NCBI RefSeq assembly: GCF_006345805.1
Contig: NC_043008.1
Location: 54,002,001 to 54,066,000, forward strand
Source: Octopus sinensis
Taxonomy: Eukaryota
Length of the DNA: 64,000 nt
Reading direction: 5' to 3'
The notes under the pieces are model-generated. The model did not search any database. It saw only the letters and a list, made by a program, of their open reading frames with translations, and was not told the origin of the DNA. Shown in pieces: positions 12,683-24,567 of this stretch (position 1 is its first letter; every line of letters starts with the position of its first letter). The position numbers and the translations under genes were made by a program.

Positions 12683-13742
12683 GTTAAACAGTGGTGTAGT
12701 CAAAAGACATTTCACATCGCGGACTAACTCAGAGGTTGATTTAAATTCCATAGCAAAAAATGTTCTGAAGTTACACCAGCAGAAGACATTCTTTGAAATC
12801 CTTTGCGCATATAATGGGAACAACATCAATTAGGGGCTTCAACAAATGCGATCAAACCATTGAAATTAGTGCCTGTAGATCCATTTTCCTTAACCCATAA
12901 AGCGCTGGGATTTGCACTTACATAGCATGGACTGCTGAGAACATTTTATGAAAATGAGACCACCATGCAAAACAGAAAAATTTTTTTTAAATAATTAAAA
13001 TATATTCTTAGTATATAATGGTGGCAAGTTTTACATCATTTGAAAAGTCATTAGTTGAACTACTAGTCCTCTTGCATTCTGGGGGGTATCGGAGCGTTTG
13101 AGTGACGTTAGACCCCAACAAACTCCCATAAATTAAATGCATTTATCTGGGCTACGATCGTGGCCTGTCGATCTGTGCCTGACGACCACGATCATGACCT
13201 GTCGCGCTTTATGTGTTAACATCACACAAAATAGATTATCTGCAAATTTTTCAAGCAGTGTTTTAAATTCGCTCAATCAACCGTCTGTATTCCTCTATAT
13301 TTCTATCACGTCAATATATCTTCCGTATTGAAAACTAACGGAGATTAACTGCAACTTACAACTGTTAAACATTCAGTAAATCTCTTCTCTTCTTGTCTTC
13401 TTTTAATTATTGTTGAAAGATTTCTTCACTTTTCTTATACGATCACCATTTTTTTTAAAACAGAACGGTTTACCTTATAAGCTTCTTACCTGAATTTCTT
13501 ACTTTTTCTCTGTTAATTTATTGTTTCAGAATAAAAGAAATTACTTCCTCGTTCATAAAGGCACAACTGTAAGAAGAAAGTCATATTTATAGCATAATGC
13601 AAATGCCTCAGGATAGAGAGTATGCAGTGTCAATAACTCATTTAGTTATTTAATCTTGTATCCCTTGTTTGTAAACACGTTCTTAATTTGTTTCCAGTAT
13701 ATTAATCAACAGATAGCTGTTAGTAATTACTATTTCTTAGAC

Positions 13743-14105
13743 TTATTACCTCCGCCTTAGCGAAAGCATTGTTTACAATCGTATTTATTTGTTTGTCCGT
13801 GGACAAGATATCTCAAGAACCACTTGATGGATTCGAATGAAACTTTCAGAGCTGTTTGGCCTTGTGACTGGCACGAACCGATTAGATTTTGGAACCGATC
13901 TGATACGGGACACGGATTCTGGATTATTTTTCCGGGTTTTTACCCAATTTTTTGAAAGCAGTCCGGTTCAATTTTAGTACTCTCGTTTGTGAGACCAGTC
14001 GCGTTTATTTCAGATATTCTCATTTTAGAAATCATCTCCGGCGAATCGTTGGTAGGACGTTGGTGTTGCTTAGACGGAGGTTTGCGCTCTTTGAGTGCTC
14101 TTGTT
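13743..14105 (+). mobile_element. Non-autonomous Helentron-type element (HINE/DINE-like)
   Basis: Starts TTATTACCTCCGCCTTAGC. Subterminal inverted repeat GCTTAGACGGAGGT near the 3' end, then hairpin GCGCTC-TTT-GAGTGC and CTTGTT end. This is established HINE architecture. Confidence 0.75.
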
Positions 14106-14619
14106 AGGCAATAAATTAGTACTTGAATGTAATAAACAACTAAAAAGTAAACTGGGATAATTGTGTGTCATCTAAATATTATTGGAGTCATTCATAATTG
14201 GCTTATAACATTGTTAGTGTATAATTAGAATAAGAAATTTAATTGTAATATAATAAAATATTGAAAGTATTCAGCACGAATGTTCGATTAAAGCTGGTGA
14301 CAATATTATTTGTTTAGTTCCGTTTATAACCTCTTAAAATTATGTTTACGGTTCAGGCATAAAAAAATAATTTAAACTGACAACGCTTATATCAGTGTCT
14401 AATGTAATATTTGCAGAAAATCAATAACGTTTAGACTACTTTATTTCAAAACAATATCATTTATTCTACCAATAAACTGTATTTCCATTGTTGTATTTCT
14501 TCAACTGACCTTTTGACGGATCTTGCAAAAGTTTTCTTCTTGAGTATTTGTTGCCGCTAGTCAAAAGGGTACACCAGAAGTTATACTTATTGTAAAACAA
14601 GGTATCGATCTGGAAGATA

Positions 14620-14775
14620 GGTTAGCAGGTCGAACAAAACGCTTAGTGGTATTTCTTTACACTCTTAGTTCAAATCTCACCAAGGTCAGTTTCATGGTCG
14701 ATAAGATAAAGTACTAGTCAAGTAATGTGGTCGATGTAATCGACTTGTCCTCCTCCTTCAAAATTGCTGACTTTG
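14620..14775 (+). mobile_element. Diverged S1 SINE
   Basis: GTTAGCA..GCTTAGTGGTATTTC..GTTCAAATC..GGTCGATAAGATAAAGTACTAGTC. Confidence 0.65.
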
Positions 14776-15213
14776 AACTCTGCAACAGACCGGCACCCCA
14801 TTCAGGGCGGATGTTTTAGTGTCAGTTACTGAGAGGTCTTGGGAACCAGGTAACCGCCTTTATGCGTCTAAAGGTTCAAGAAAAATTTCAAGAAGTTTCT
14901 GCCGTCTTCGGTGATTTTTTTATAGTGTGTAGGCACGACTTCAGTTTAACAGAGTCAGATAAAGGAAAACTAAAATTACGTAAGAAGGTACCCCGAAGTG
15001 ACCGAATAGGGGGATATTAAGGGAAATTCAGTCCGTTGGTTGGGGGTGGGGTTAAGCTGGTGACGTGAATATGATACCTTCACTGATAAATTTGACTCCT
15101 TGAAGGTGGAGACAATGACATTGAGGGTAAGTATTTAAGAGAAAATATTAGCCCACTTATTTAGAATTTTGTAACGAAATCCGAGTCATACGAATTTTGT
15201 AACGAAATCCGAG

Positions 15214-15400
15214 TCATACGATCAAAACGAATTACGTTACTACTAATTTCGCCCAAGGCTGATAAGTTAACGGACGTCAGATAAAATTCTTTGGGTCTAG
15301 AATGTTCAAGAACATTCTAGTTCAAACTTCACAGACTAACGTTCCCGCAACCACGTTGAAAAGTAAGATCTGTTCCACCCATGCTGGTGCACCACAGAGC
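15214..15400 (+). repeat. Left arm of a long inverted repeat (partner 16575-16788)
   Basis: Base-by-base reverse-complement match with few substitutions and one indel of about 27 bp. Contains the hairpin CTAGAATGTTC-AA-GAACATTCTAG. Confidence 0.95.
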
Positions 15401-15833
15401 ATGGAGAAACTGCAGAAAAAAAAAACAAATCTAGTGGAAGGAAATGCAAAGAAGAAAAGAGAAAAGTCGAGTGAAGCGTTTTAGATGGTTGATTGTAGTA
15501 AAAATGTATGGAGAGCTGAAGTTTTTCAGTGATATCAAATATTAGGGATCTTATCACAGGCTGATGAAACTTGCTACTGGTATCATGAAAGCCAGTACTT
15601 TCTGTTCTATGATCGAGTGGTCGGTAACTAAACCATCCTGTCCCCACTTGGGCAGCTTGCTACTCTTGTAGGATGAGGTCTGCCAAGAAAACACTATGAA
15701 AAAGCCAGAAGGAAATAACGTCATGTCTTCATCCGATAGGAGAACTTGCGCTTTATCGGAAAGACTTTCGATTTACTGTCATTAATGTGCTTCAAAATGT
15801 ACATGACGACGGCGATAGGGGTATAATCGATTA

Positions 15834-16137
15834 GGCGGCGAGCTGGCAGAAAGGTTAGCACGCCGGGCGAAATGCGTGGCCGTATTTCGTCTGCCGTTTG
15901 TCTATCCTTGTTTGTCCTCTCTGTGTTTAGCCCCTTGTGGGTAGTAAAGAAATAGATATTTCGTCTGCCGCTGCGTTCTAAGTTCAAATTCCGCCGAGGT
16001 CGACTTTGCCCTTCATCCTTTTGGCGTCGATAAATTAAGTACCAGTTACGCACTGGGGTCGATGTAATCGACTTAATTCGTTTGCCTGTCCTTGTTTGTC
16101 CTCTCTGTATTTAGCCCCTTGTGGGTAGTAAAGAAAT
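15834..16137 (+). mobile_element. S1 SINE (A tail) with a 21-bp TSD and a nested tail-only copy
   Basis: TSD CGATAG(G/A)GGTATAATCGATTA at 15813-15833 and 16138-16158. Nested tail 15897-15956 is flanked by TATTTCGTCTGCCG at 15883-15896 and 15957-15970. Confidence 0.92.
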
Positions 16138-16574
16138 CGATAGAGGTATAATCGATTATTGAGATGCTGTCCAGTGCTGGATGGACAATTGTTGACTTCA
16201 CTCTCCCTTGAACTCTGTCTAACAGCTGATATGCTTCCGTGTTCATGCCAAGTACCAGTCATTTTGCCATCCAAATCCTTTTACCTTAATACTCGTATTT
16301 TTCAGCATATCATCCTACAAAACCTCCGGTTTCTTCCATTTCATACTCTCTCTTCTATCTATTCTAAGCTGCTACTCCTATCCTTTAAAATGGGCAAGCG
16401 AAGAGACTATGTTACCTTCTAGTAAATCTCTCGCCCTCGGATACCCAGCTCAGGACGTCCAAATGTTCTTGCATTTTTAATTCCAATATTCTAGTGGACA
16501 CCAAAGCTGGAAACAACGTGTGCTAACACCTTGGCAACACTCTGCTTGTAGACTTAAGATGCTGTAGACTCTCA

Positions 16575-16788
16575 GCTCTGTGGTGCACCAGCATGGGTGG
16601 AGCAGATCTTACTTTGCAACGTGGTTGCGGGTGCGTATGCTAGACTCTCCTTTGACAATCTCTTAGCCTGTGAAGTTTGAACTAGAATGTTCTTGAACAT
16701 TCTAGACCCAAAGAATTCTATCTGACGTCCGTTAACTTATCAGCCTTGGGCGAAATTAGTAGTAACGTAACTCGTTTTGATCGTATGA
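16575..16788 (-). repeat. Right arm of the long inverted repeat
   Basis: Reverse complement of 15214-15400. Confidence 0.95.
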
Positions 16789-16806
16789 TGTTTACATACA
16801 TACATA

Positions 16807-17280
16807 GGTGTGGTAAAAAGCTTGTTTCCAAACCACATGGTACTGGGTTCAATCCCACTGCGTGGCACCTTGAGCAAGTGTCCTATGCTGTAGCTTCGGG
16901 CCGTTCAAAGCCTTATGAGTGGATTTGAAAGAGAGAAGCGGAAAGAAGCTTGTCATACATATTTGTGTGTGTCTGAGCGCGTGCTAGCTTGTGTGTGTGT
17001 GCATGTGTGTGTGTGTGTCTATGTCTGTGTGTGTGATTGTCTATGTCTGTGTGTGTGTGTGTCTATGTCTGTGTTTTTCCCTCCACCGCTGCTTGATTAT
17101 CATTGCTAGTGTGTTTACGTCCCCGTAACTTAGCGGTTCGGCAAGATAGAGCGATAAAACAAGTACCAGGCTTAACAAAAATAAGTCCTGAGGGGTCAAT
17201 TCATTCGACTAGAAATTCTTCAAGGAGGTGCCCCAGCATGGCCACAGTCTAATGACTGAAACAAGTAATGATAAAAGATA
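16807..17280 (+). mobile_element. S3 SINE with an internal (GT)n
   Basis: Head GGTGTGGTAAAAAGCTTG..GGGTTCAATCCCACTGCGTGGCACC, tail CCAGCATGGCCACAGTCTAATGACTGAAACAAG. Confidence 0.88.
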
Positions 17281-18572
17281 TTTGAATGTGTGTACGTATG
17301 TTTGTATGCTTAAATATGTAGTAATATAGATACATACGCACATATGTACGTACATATAAACGACATACATACATAAACGTTTGTGTGTACGGTATATGTG
17401 ATATTGTGTGCATATATGTGAGCCTATGTGGTGATTGTACACAAATATATATATGGGTATGTGTGCGCGATTTTCACTCCAGGGACTAAAACCAATAAAA
17501 GACTACATCTTAGTTTTAATTATTTAATGTTAGGCGTAATGATGTTTTTCCCTAAACAATTATAATGCTTTATTACTATTATGTTAATTTTCCACACGCA
17601 ATTCATCCTTCTCATTAAGATGAAAATTACAGGAAATTATTATGCAAAGACAAGCTTAACTCCAGAAAAGTGCCTAGAGTTATAAAACGTTTTCCCATTA
17701 CAACTGTTTGAAAATGATACGGCGACAGAACAGTGTTTTTGGAAAACCGATTCTATAACCAATTTTGTCCAATATTTTTACAATTTTATTCAAATTTTAT
17801 CGATTCAATGAGTGAGCCTTTACTTGATTGCTCGACCTGCTAGAAATAACAACCACATGTTCTTCAAATTACACGGGTTATCATTTGAAAGAAATGAAAA
17901 GATACATAGGATACATAGGATGATGTGGTCACCAATGGAATTCATTTGCCCATATATTGCCTAATTCACAGTTGACTGGTAGCTTAACAACAGCAGCAAC
18001 AGCGACAGTGGAGGCGCAATGGCCCAATAGTTAAGGTAGCGGACTCGCGGTCGTAAGAACGCGGTTTCGATTCCCAGACCGGGGGCGGGTGAGCCCTGCT
18101 GTAGTTTTTCACCACAATTTCGAGAATTTGTAATAATTCATTTTATGAACGGTGAATTTCAAAGCAAATAACTTATAAATATTTGGTTAAAAGCCGTTAG
18201 GCTGGAGAGTGTTGAAAGCTGCCCGCGCTATTCGAACCCACATCTCCTGTAAACAGATGCTTACAGATGTGAGTTCGAGTCCCACGACAGTATTCAATTT
18301 TTTTCTATCCAAAATGCTTTTAATTCAATATTTACATGCTATTATTTATAATTTTATTTGCTTCGAGATTCATCGTTCCTTAAAAGACTTATTTGAAAAG
18401 ATACGTGAAAAATCAATTATAATGTACGATATAGGCGTAGGCATGGCTGTCTGATAAGAAGTTTGCGTCCCGGGTTCAGTCCCACTGCATGGCACCTTGG
18501 GCATGTGGCTCCTACCATAGCTTCGAGTGGATTTGAGTGGATTTGATAGACAGAAACAGAAAAAATCCCGCC

Positions 18573-18634
<62 letters not shown>

Positions 18635-18638
<4 letters not shown>

Positions 18639-18860
18639 AAATATTATTAGAGACAAACCACTACTTTGCAAACAACAGGAAAGACTTAATCAATACATAA
18701 AATTGAAACTGACTTATTGGAAGTCCACCTGAAGATTGTCGATCAAGACAAGAACATTGTAGTGGCGGTTTTTTTGACTATTTATTAAAATTTTATGTAT
18801 TGATTAAGTCTTTCCTTGTTTGTTTTGCAAGTAGTGGTTTGTCTCTAATAATATTTTATA
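18635..18860. repeat. About 70-bp inverted repeat (18635-18704 / 18789-18860) enclosing a hammerhead-like core
   Basis: TATAAAATATTATTAGAGACAAACCACTAC...TCAATACATAAAATT and its reverse complement. Confidence 0.92.
18725..18765 (+). ncRNA. Degenerate minimal type-I hammerhead ribozyme motif
   Basis: Stem I CCAC/GTGG, core CTGAAGA, stem II TTGTC/GACAA, then GAAC-ATT-GTA (one A short of GAAAC). Confidence 0.5.
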
Positions 18861-18939
18861 ATATTTTACTATAAAATTGGATTTAATCCTAAATCTGATT
18901 TTTTTCCCTGTAAATTTGGATTTATTCCCTAATATTTAT

Positions 18940-19020
<81 letters not shown>

Positions 19021-19429
19021 ATAATATATATATATATATACATGTGTCTGCGTCTGTGCTCGCGCATGTGGGTGTGTGCATGTGTATTTATCCACCACCA
19101 CAACCAACATCACTTTAAAAACAAGTGTCGGTGTGTTACATCTCCGTAACTTACCAGTTCGGCAAAATGACCGATAGAATCAGTACCAGGCTTTTAAAAA
19201 AATAACTCCTTGGGGTCGATTTGTTTGACTAAAATCTTTCAGGGCGGTGCTCCAGCATGACTGCAGTCAAATGACTGTAACAAGTAAAATATAAAAGTTA
19301 AAAGATTGGATTAGATTCCTATTTCTTGAGGTGAAGCATCTTCAGGTTGCCTTTCCATGGTTCTGTCCGTCTGTGTTTGTGCTGATGGGCAGAACTCAAT
19401 TATTTGAAGTGTGGAGATAAAATAGAACA

Positions 19430-19499
<70 letters not shown>

Positions 19500-20721
19500 A
19501 ACTTCTCACTCTCTTTACAAAAAATAAATAAAATGTTATATGTTCCGATTTTTTTCATGTAATATGTAATAGAATTTCCATTTTAGTCGGTCCACATCAG
19601 CTGAGATTTTGAGATTGTACATCTAATTTCTTTTCAATCAATTAAATAGAATTCTAGGTATTCCGTACGCTTGTCACGATAGGTTTATAATATTTCTTTA
19701 AAAAATGATATGAATATATTACTACATTATTAATCTTCAATTCTAAATACTTATTAGTTTATAAAAATTCATTTTGAAAAGCAACTATTCACCATTTTTT
19801 ATTCCCCCACCACCACTACCACCACCACCAAAAAAACAATAAAATATTGCTATTCTTAATGATATCAGAGCTAAAGCAATCATATTCTAAAGTATTTTTT
19901 AAAGATTTTTTTAAGTTGCTTTCTAAGTAAGACAGCCACTTATAAATCACACAGCTATTACAATATATTCTTTACGTGTGTAACAAATTCTATCGATTTC
20001 AAGTAAAACATAATATAGCTAACACAATAATGAATTGCTCTTCTATAGTAATAAATAATTAAATTTGCTGCATCGACGATTCTCTTTATTCTATCATTTG
20101 TTTTATTTCGGTAAGGAAGAATGTCTGCCATTACTTAAATTAAAAAATATAGCTTTGCTATACTGAATCATTCAGCGAAACACATTGCTTCTTAAAAGCG
20201 TCTTTAAATAAATATTTATAATTATAATTATCGAATTTTGTCAATATTTGCTAATTTAGACAAGCAGTGTGATCACGAGTAGAAGATAACAGATCTTGAA
20301 TAGCAAGCATGGCTGTATGATTAGCTCTACAACGCACAATCTGCAGTATGAGTCTGCTATGACGTTCTCGGGTTCACCAATCTCCAAAAAGTGGGTCATA
20401 TATATTTATGTGTGATCACACACATATAGCTTATTGTTTTTAATTTGCAGAAATTACAAAGTGACTCGGGGGCTGGGTGTTTCGTGCATGGTACTTATCA
20501 ACTTGATTTAAAATCTACTTTTTATATAGGTTGAATTATATTTATACTTATCTTTGGATTGTTCAGATAAAACTCAGACGTAGTGGGTCAAGTGAAAGTG
20601 CATATTTCTGCAGCTAATCTTCCTATTAAGCAGTTTCAAACGCGCACACACTTTGGTGGGGGGGCTTGGTCGAATAAATCGCCATCACTATTCAACAAAC
20701 ACTTATTTTATCGACCATATG

Positions 20722-20769
<48 letters not shown>

Positions 20770-21468
20770 TATATATATATGTGTGTGTGTGTATGTATAT
20801 GTATACATATATATATATATTGATTCTGCCGGCTCATCACCATATATATATATATATATATATATATATCAACCCTTTCACATTTCGTTCATTCCACTTT
20901 TCGTTTTTTGTTTCCCCTCTCTCACATTTCCTAGCCTTCTCTTCATGCTCACTTTCCCTCTTTCACTTCACTGTGTCTCTTTCATTTTTCTCTCGCCCCC
21001 CTTAATTTTTCTATCCGTCTGCCTCTACCTCTGCCTCTACCTCTTTAAATTCTCTCCCCACGTGACTGGTGTTCAGCCTGGCCAGACCTTTCTTTCTTCG
21101 TTGGATTACTGTCTGTGCAACATCTGTATTCCTTCCTGTGCTTGTTAAATCCTATATCCCTGCCATAAGGCTTTACTTCCACACACGCCAGCCTAATTTA
21201 ATCCGTCCTTAGTCGAAAGATACCTGTTGTTATGTCCTGTTATTTGTATTTATGCAACATTTCTCTATTTTTTCCGTCCTTGTTTTCGTATACATTCGCT
21301 GCTTTCTTCCAAGGAATGTAATGCGCTTAGCTTACTTTTTCCTTGGGACTGACCAGATTGGAGCTCGACTGAGGATAGAAAACTCTGAATGATCCCTCCT
21401 TGTATCGTGTCTGGATATTTCGTTTCCCCTTTTTTGTTTCTTGATGTTTTGCGTTTTTGTCCCATTTT

Positions 21469-21501
<33 letters not shown>

Positions 21502-21504
<3 letters not shown>

Positions 21505-21840
21505 TTTCTACTCTAGGCACAAGGTTCACAATTTTTGGGGAGGACCCAATTCGATTGGATCGACCCAGTATGCAACTGGTACTTAATTTATCGACCCCGA
21601 AAGGATGAAAGGCAAAGTCGACCTCAGCGCAATGTGAACTCAAGGGGCTAAACACAGAGGGGACAAACAAGGACAGACATAAGTATTAAGTCGATTACAT
21701 CGACCCCAGTGCGTAACTGGTACTTAATTTATCGACCCCAAAAGGATGAAAGGCAAAGTCGACCTCAGCGCAATTTGAACTCAGAACGTGAACGCAGACG
21801 AAATACCGCTATGCATTTCGCTCGGCGTGCCAGCTTGCCA
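21502..21840 (-). mobile_element. S1 SINE dimer (A-tail unit followed by B-tail unit)
   Basis: Two cores. Junction GAACTCA|AGGGGCTA at 21642/21643. Confidence 0.88.
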
Positions 21841-21856
21841 TATATATATATATATT

Positions 21857-21933
<77 letters not shown>

Positions 21934-22311
21934 AATTTAAATAAATGATATACAATGCAATAAATACTTTTGCATTATATATGTAATATTTGAATTAGAG
22001 ACTATTCACTTTAAAGTGTTTTGTTATGCGCACGATCCCCTGGTTCATGAAAAATTGTCGTGCATGAAACAGGTCTGCTATTTATAAAACCGTTTTGTGC
22101 TTTAAGGAAACAAGCAAGTAATTCCATTTCATTGTTTTTCAGTAAGAGAGCCTCAAGGGATGTGGTCGGTCGGTTTGCAAAATTATTTGTCCAGTTTTAA
22201 GGTTATTACTTTGCTATGTTTTTTCGTGGATATTGCATAAGTGATATTTTTTGTGACTTATGGGGTAAAAATAATACTATGTTTATGTTCCAATGATTGG
22301 TGTTTATTCAG

Positions 22312-22524
22312 TGCTGTGTTATCCGGCATATAAGTCGACATAGTATATAATGTAAACATGTATTGTAAACATTCAAACGTCTTCACAATCTTTTCAAATC
22401 TTGTTGCATTTTATATGGACTTTTTAGTACTCTAAAGTTGTCTTGGTGTATAAATCGACTTACTCTTTTTTGGGTGTAAAATTTTGGTCTGAAAAAATCG
22501 ACTTGCATGACGGAAAATACGATA
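22312..22524. mobile_element. Degenerate pogo/Tigger-like MITE
   Basis: Imperfect TIRs TGCTGTGTTATCCGGCATATAAGTCGA vs reverse complement of TCGACTTGCATGACGGAAAATACGATA (19/27 identical). Confidence 0.45.
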
Positions 22525-22943
22525 AAAGAGACCCGTCGGTTTTCTAATTTTAAATATGCATTGTTCAGTTCGTGCAATTGCTCGAAGAATTTCTTATGAG
22601 GTGAGTATAACATTGATTTTAATAAGCTACATGTTGAATATAGGCAGTTTAAATTTCATGAGTTTAGTAAAATTATCAGTATATATGTTGAATGTTTTAA
22701 TAATGGCAACCTAATACCATCTTAATGGCCCCCCATATGCCTTAAAATTGGAAAGGACACATTATATTATGTCTCCCTATAAAATATAATGATTTTCGAC
22801 AAATCTTTCCTTTCATTTAATGTAAATTCACCATGCTGGAGACATTGTAATTATTTGTGAAATCTGTGTCAGTCGCCGTCTGGTGTCTAAATCGATATAA
22901 TCGCAGTTGTCCTCTGTGTGTGTGTGTGTGCGCGTGTGTGTGT

Positions 22944-22980
<37 letters not shown>

Positions 22981-23859
22981 GTGTGTGTGTGTGCGTGCGT
23001 GTGTGTGTGTGTGCATGCGTGCGTGTGTTTGTGTGTCTTTGGGGGTGGTCTTCGTTGTCTTCACTAATAAAACTTAGAAAAAGGAATTAAACGGAAATGG
23101 TGATGACGACGATGAGTGACGAAAAAAAAAAGAGGTTACAAATAAAACAACATCTAAAACATATATTTCTGCAACCTATAATTTTAAGTGCTCATCGACA
23201 AAAGGAAAAAAATTTTGTTTTCTTTTTTAAAAAAAAATTCCTAATAAATTTTCATTAAAAATTTTGACATTTATTAATAAGGGCACAACTGCGTCGCACG
23301 TTCATATTTTACAGACAAGTAGGTTGCTAAACTTAACGGAAACAACAGTAAGTGCGCTTAAATAAAGGAAGTCTTTAGAAAAGCAATTCTCAGACAGAAC
23401 CTTAACGTAAATGTGAAATGTTTTCATCAGAAAAATCAATTTTCTTCAATGACAAGTTGAATCTCAGACATTTTACTCTGCTAACTGGATTGTTAACATC
23501 TGGTCTCATGTGTTTCAATGACTACCTGGGGAGAATCTGGTTGTTAGTATTCAATTTATTATCGTAAAACAAATTTACATGGAGAGTATGGAAAAAAAAA
23601 TGTGTCAACATATCTCGCATGCATACACATACACACACACACATATATACATGCGTGTGTATGTAAGTGCGTGAGTGTATGCGGATGTAGTTTACTGTTC
23701 TGTTAAGGTATGATCAACTAAAAAGTACTCCATCCTGTGAGTGGTAAATATTATTTAATGTACGCTGTAAATTAGTAATTATTGGTATATATTTATATAG
23801 ATTTTGAGGAGCGGAGAAGTCAATTATATCGATCCTAGTACTTGAATGATTATTATTTT

Positions 23860-24192
23860 ATCTTCCCTGAAAGGATGGAAGGTAAAGGCAGCGGCGCAAA
23901 GACGGACGAAACGCTCCTAAATATTTGGTCCGACATGCTAATAGTTCTGCCAGCTCGCCGCCTTTATTGAAATAATAATAATAACCCTTTCTTCCGAAGG
24001 TACAAGGCCTTGAAATATGCGGGGAGAGGACTAGTCGATTATATCGACCCCAGTGTTTCACTGGTACTTACTTTATCGACCCCGAAAGGAGGAAAAGTAA
24101 AGTCGACCTCGACGGAATTTGAACTCAGAACGTAAGGATGGACGAAATGCCGCGAAGCATTTTGTCCGACGTGTTAACGATTCTGCCAGCTC
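23860..24192 (-). mobile_element. Two S1-type SINE copies; the right copy lacks its first few head bases
   Basis: TTCTGCCAGCTCGCCGCC at about 23945 and TTCTGCCAGCTC at 24181-24192, with the core ATCGACCCCGAAAGG between them. Confidence 0.8.
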
Positions 24193-24567
24193 CCGGAACC
24201 TCGTTGGTGGGGGTTGTGCCACCGGCAGGTGAAGAGTCACCGTCGGTGGGAATTGTGCCTCCGACGGTAGAAGTGACTACCTCGTCTCCGGAGGAAGTCG
24301 AATTATTGGTCTTCTTCCACAGAGTCGAAGAGGTGGAGAAGGTGTTGGAAAAGCACCATAAGGGAGTACCTTTAGCCACCACGCGGGATCCCGAATGGCC
24401 TCCGCAGATAGAGGTCATAACGTTGCCCCTTTTTGCGTAGGCTGGAGAAACTCAATGAGGAATATTGCTTTTGGCCGGGCGACGCCGACATGGCATCCGT
24501 TTTGTGCTTGAATGAGGCTTCCTACACTTATTTCATCCCGTTCATACTCTTAGAGGACGGTAAATGA
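24193..24567 (+). other. GC-rich coding-like island of unknown origin (about 125 codons with one frameshift)
   Basis: Markedly more GC-rich than its flanks. Open frame to 24440, and a second frame 24436-24567 continues across a T run. Confidence 0.4.

Noticed and set aside
13490-13566. Minus-strand 77-nt exon with good acceptor and CAG|GTAAGA donor
   Set aside because: Stops occur in all three frames; it could only be non-coding, and there is no other support.
15555-15605. CTGATGA...GAAA inside the large inverted-repeat spacer
   Set aside because: No stem II pairing and no cleavage triplet.
15214-16788. Autonomous DNA transposon with long TIRs
   Set aside because: No TSD and no transposase motifs in the spacer; kept only as an unexplained inverted repeat.
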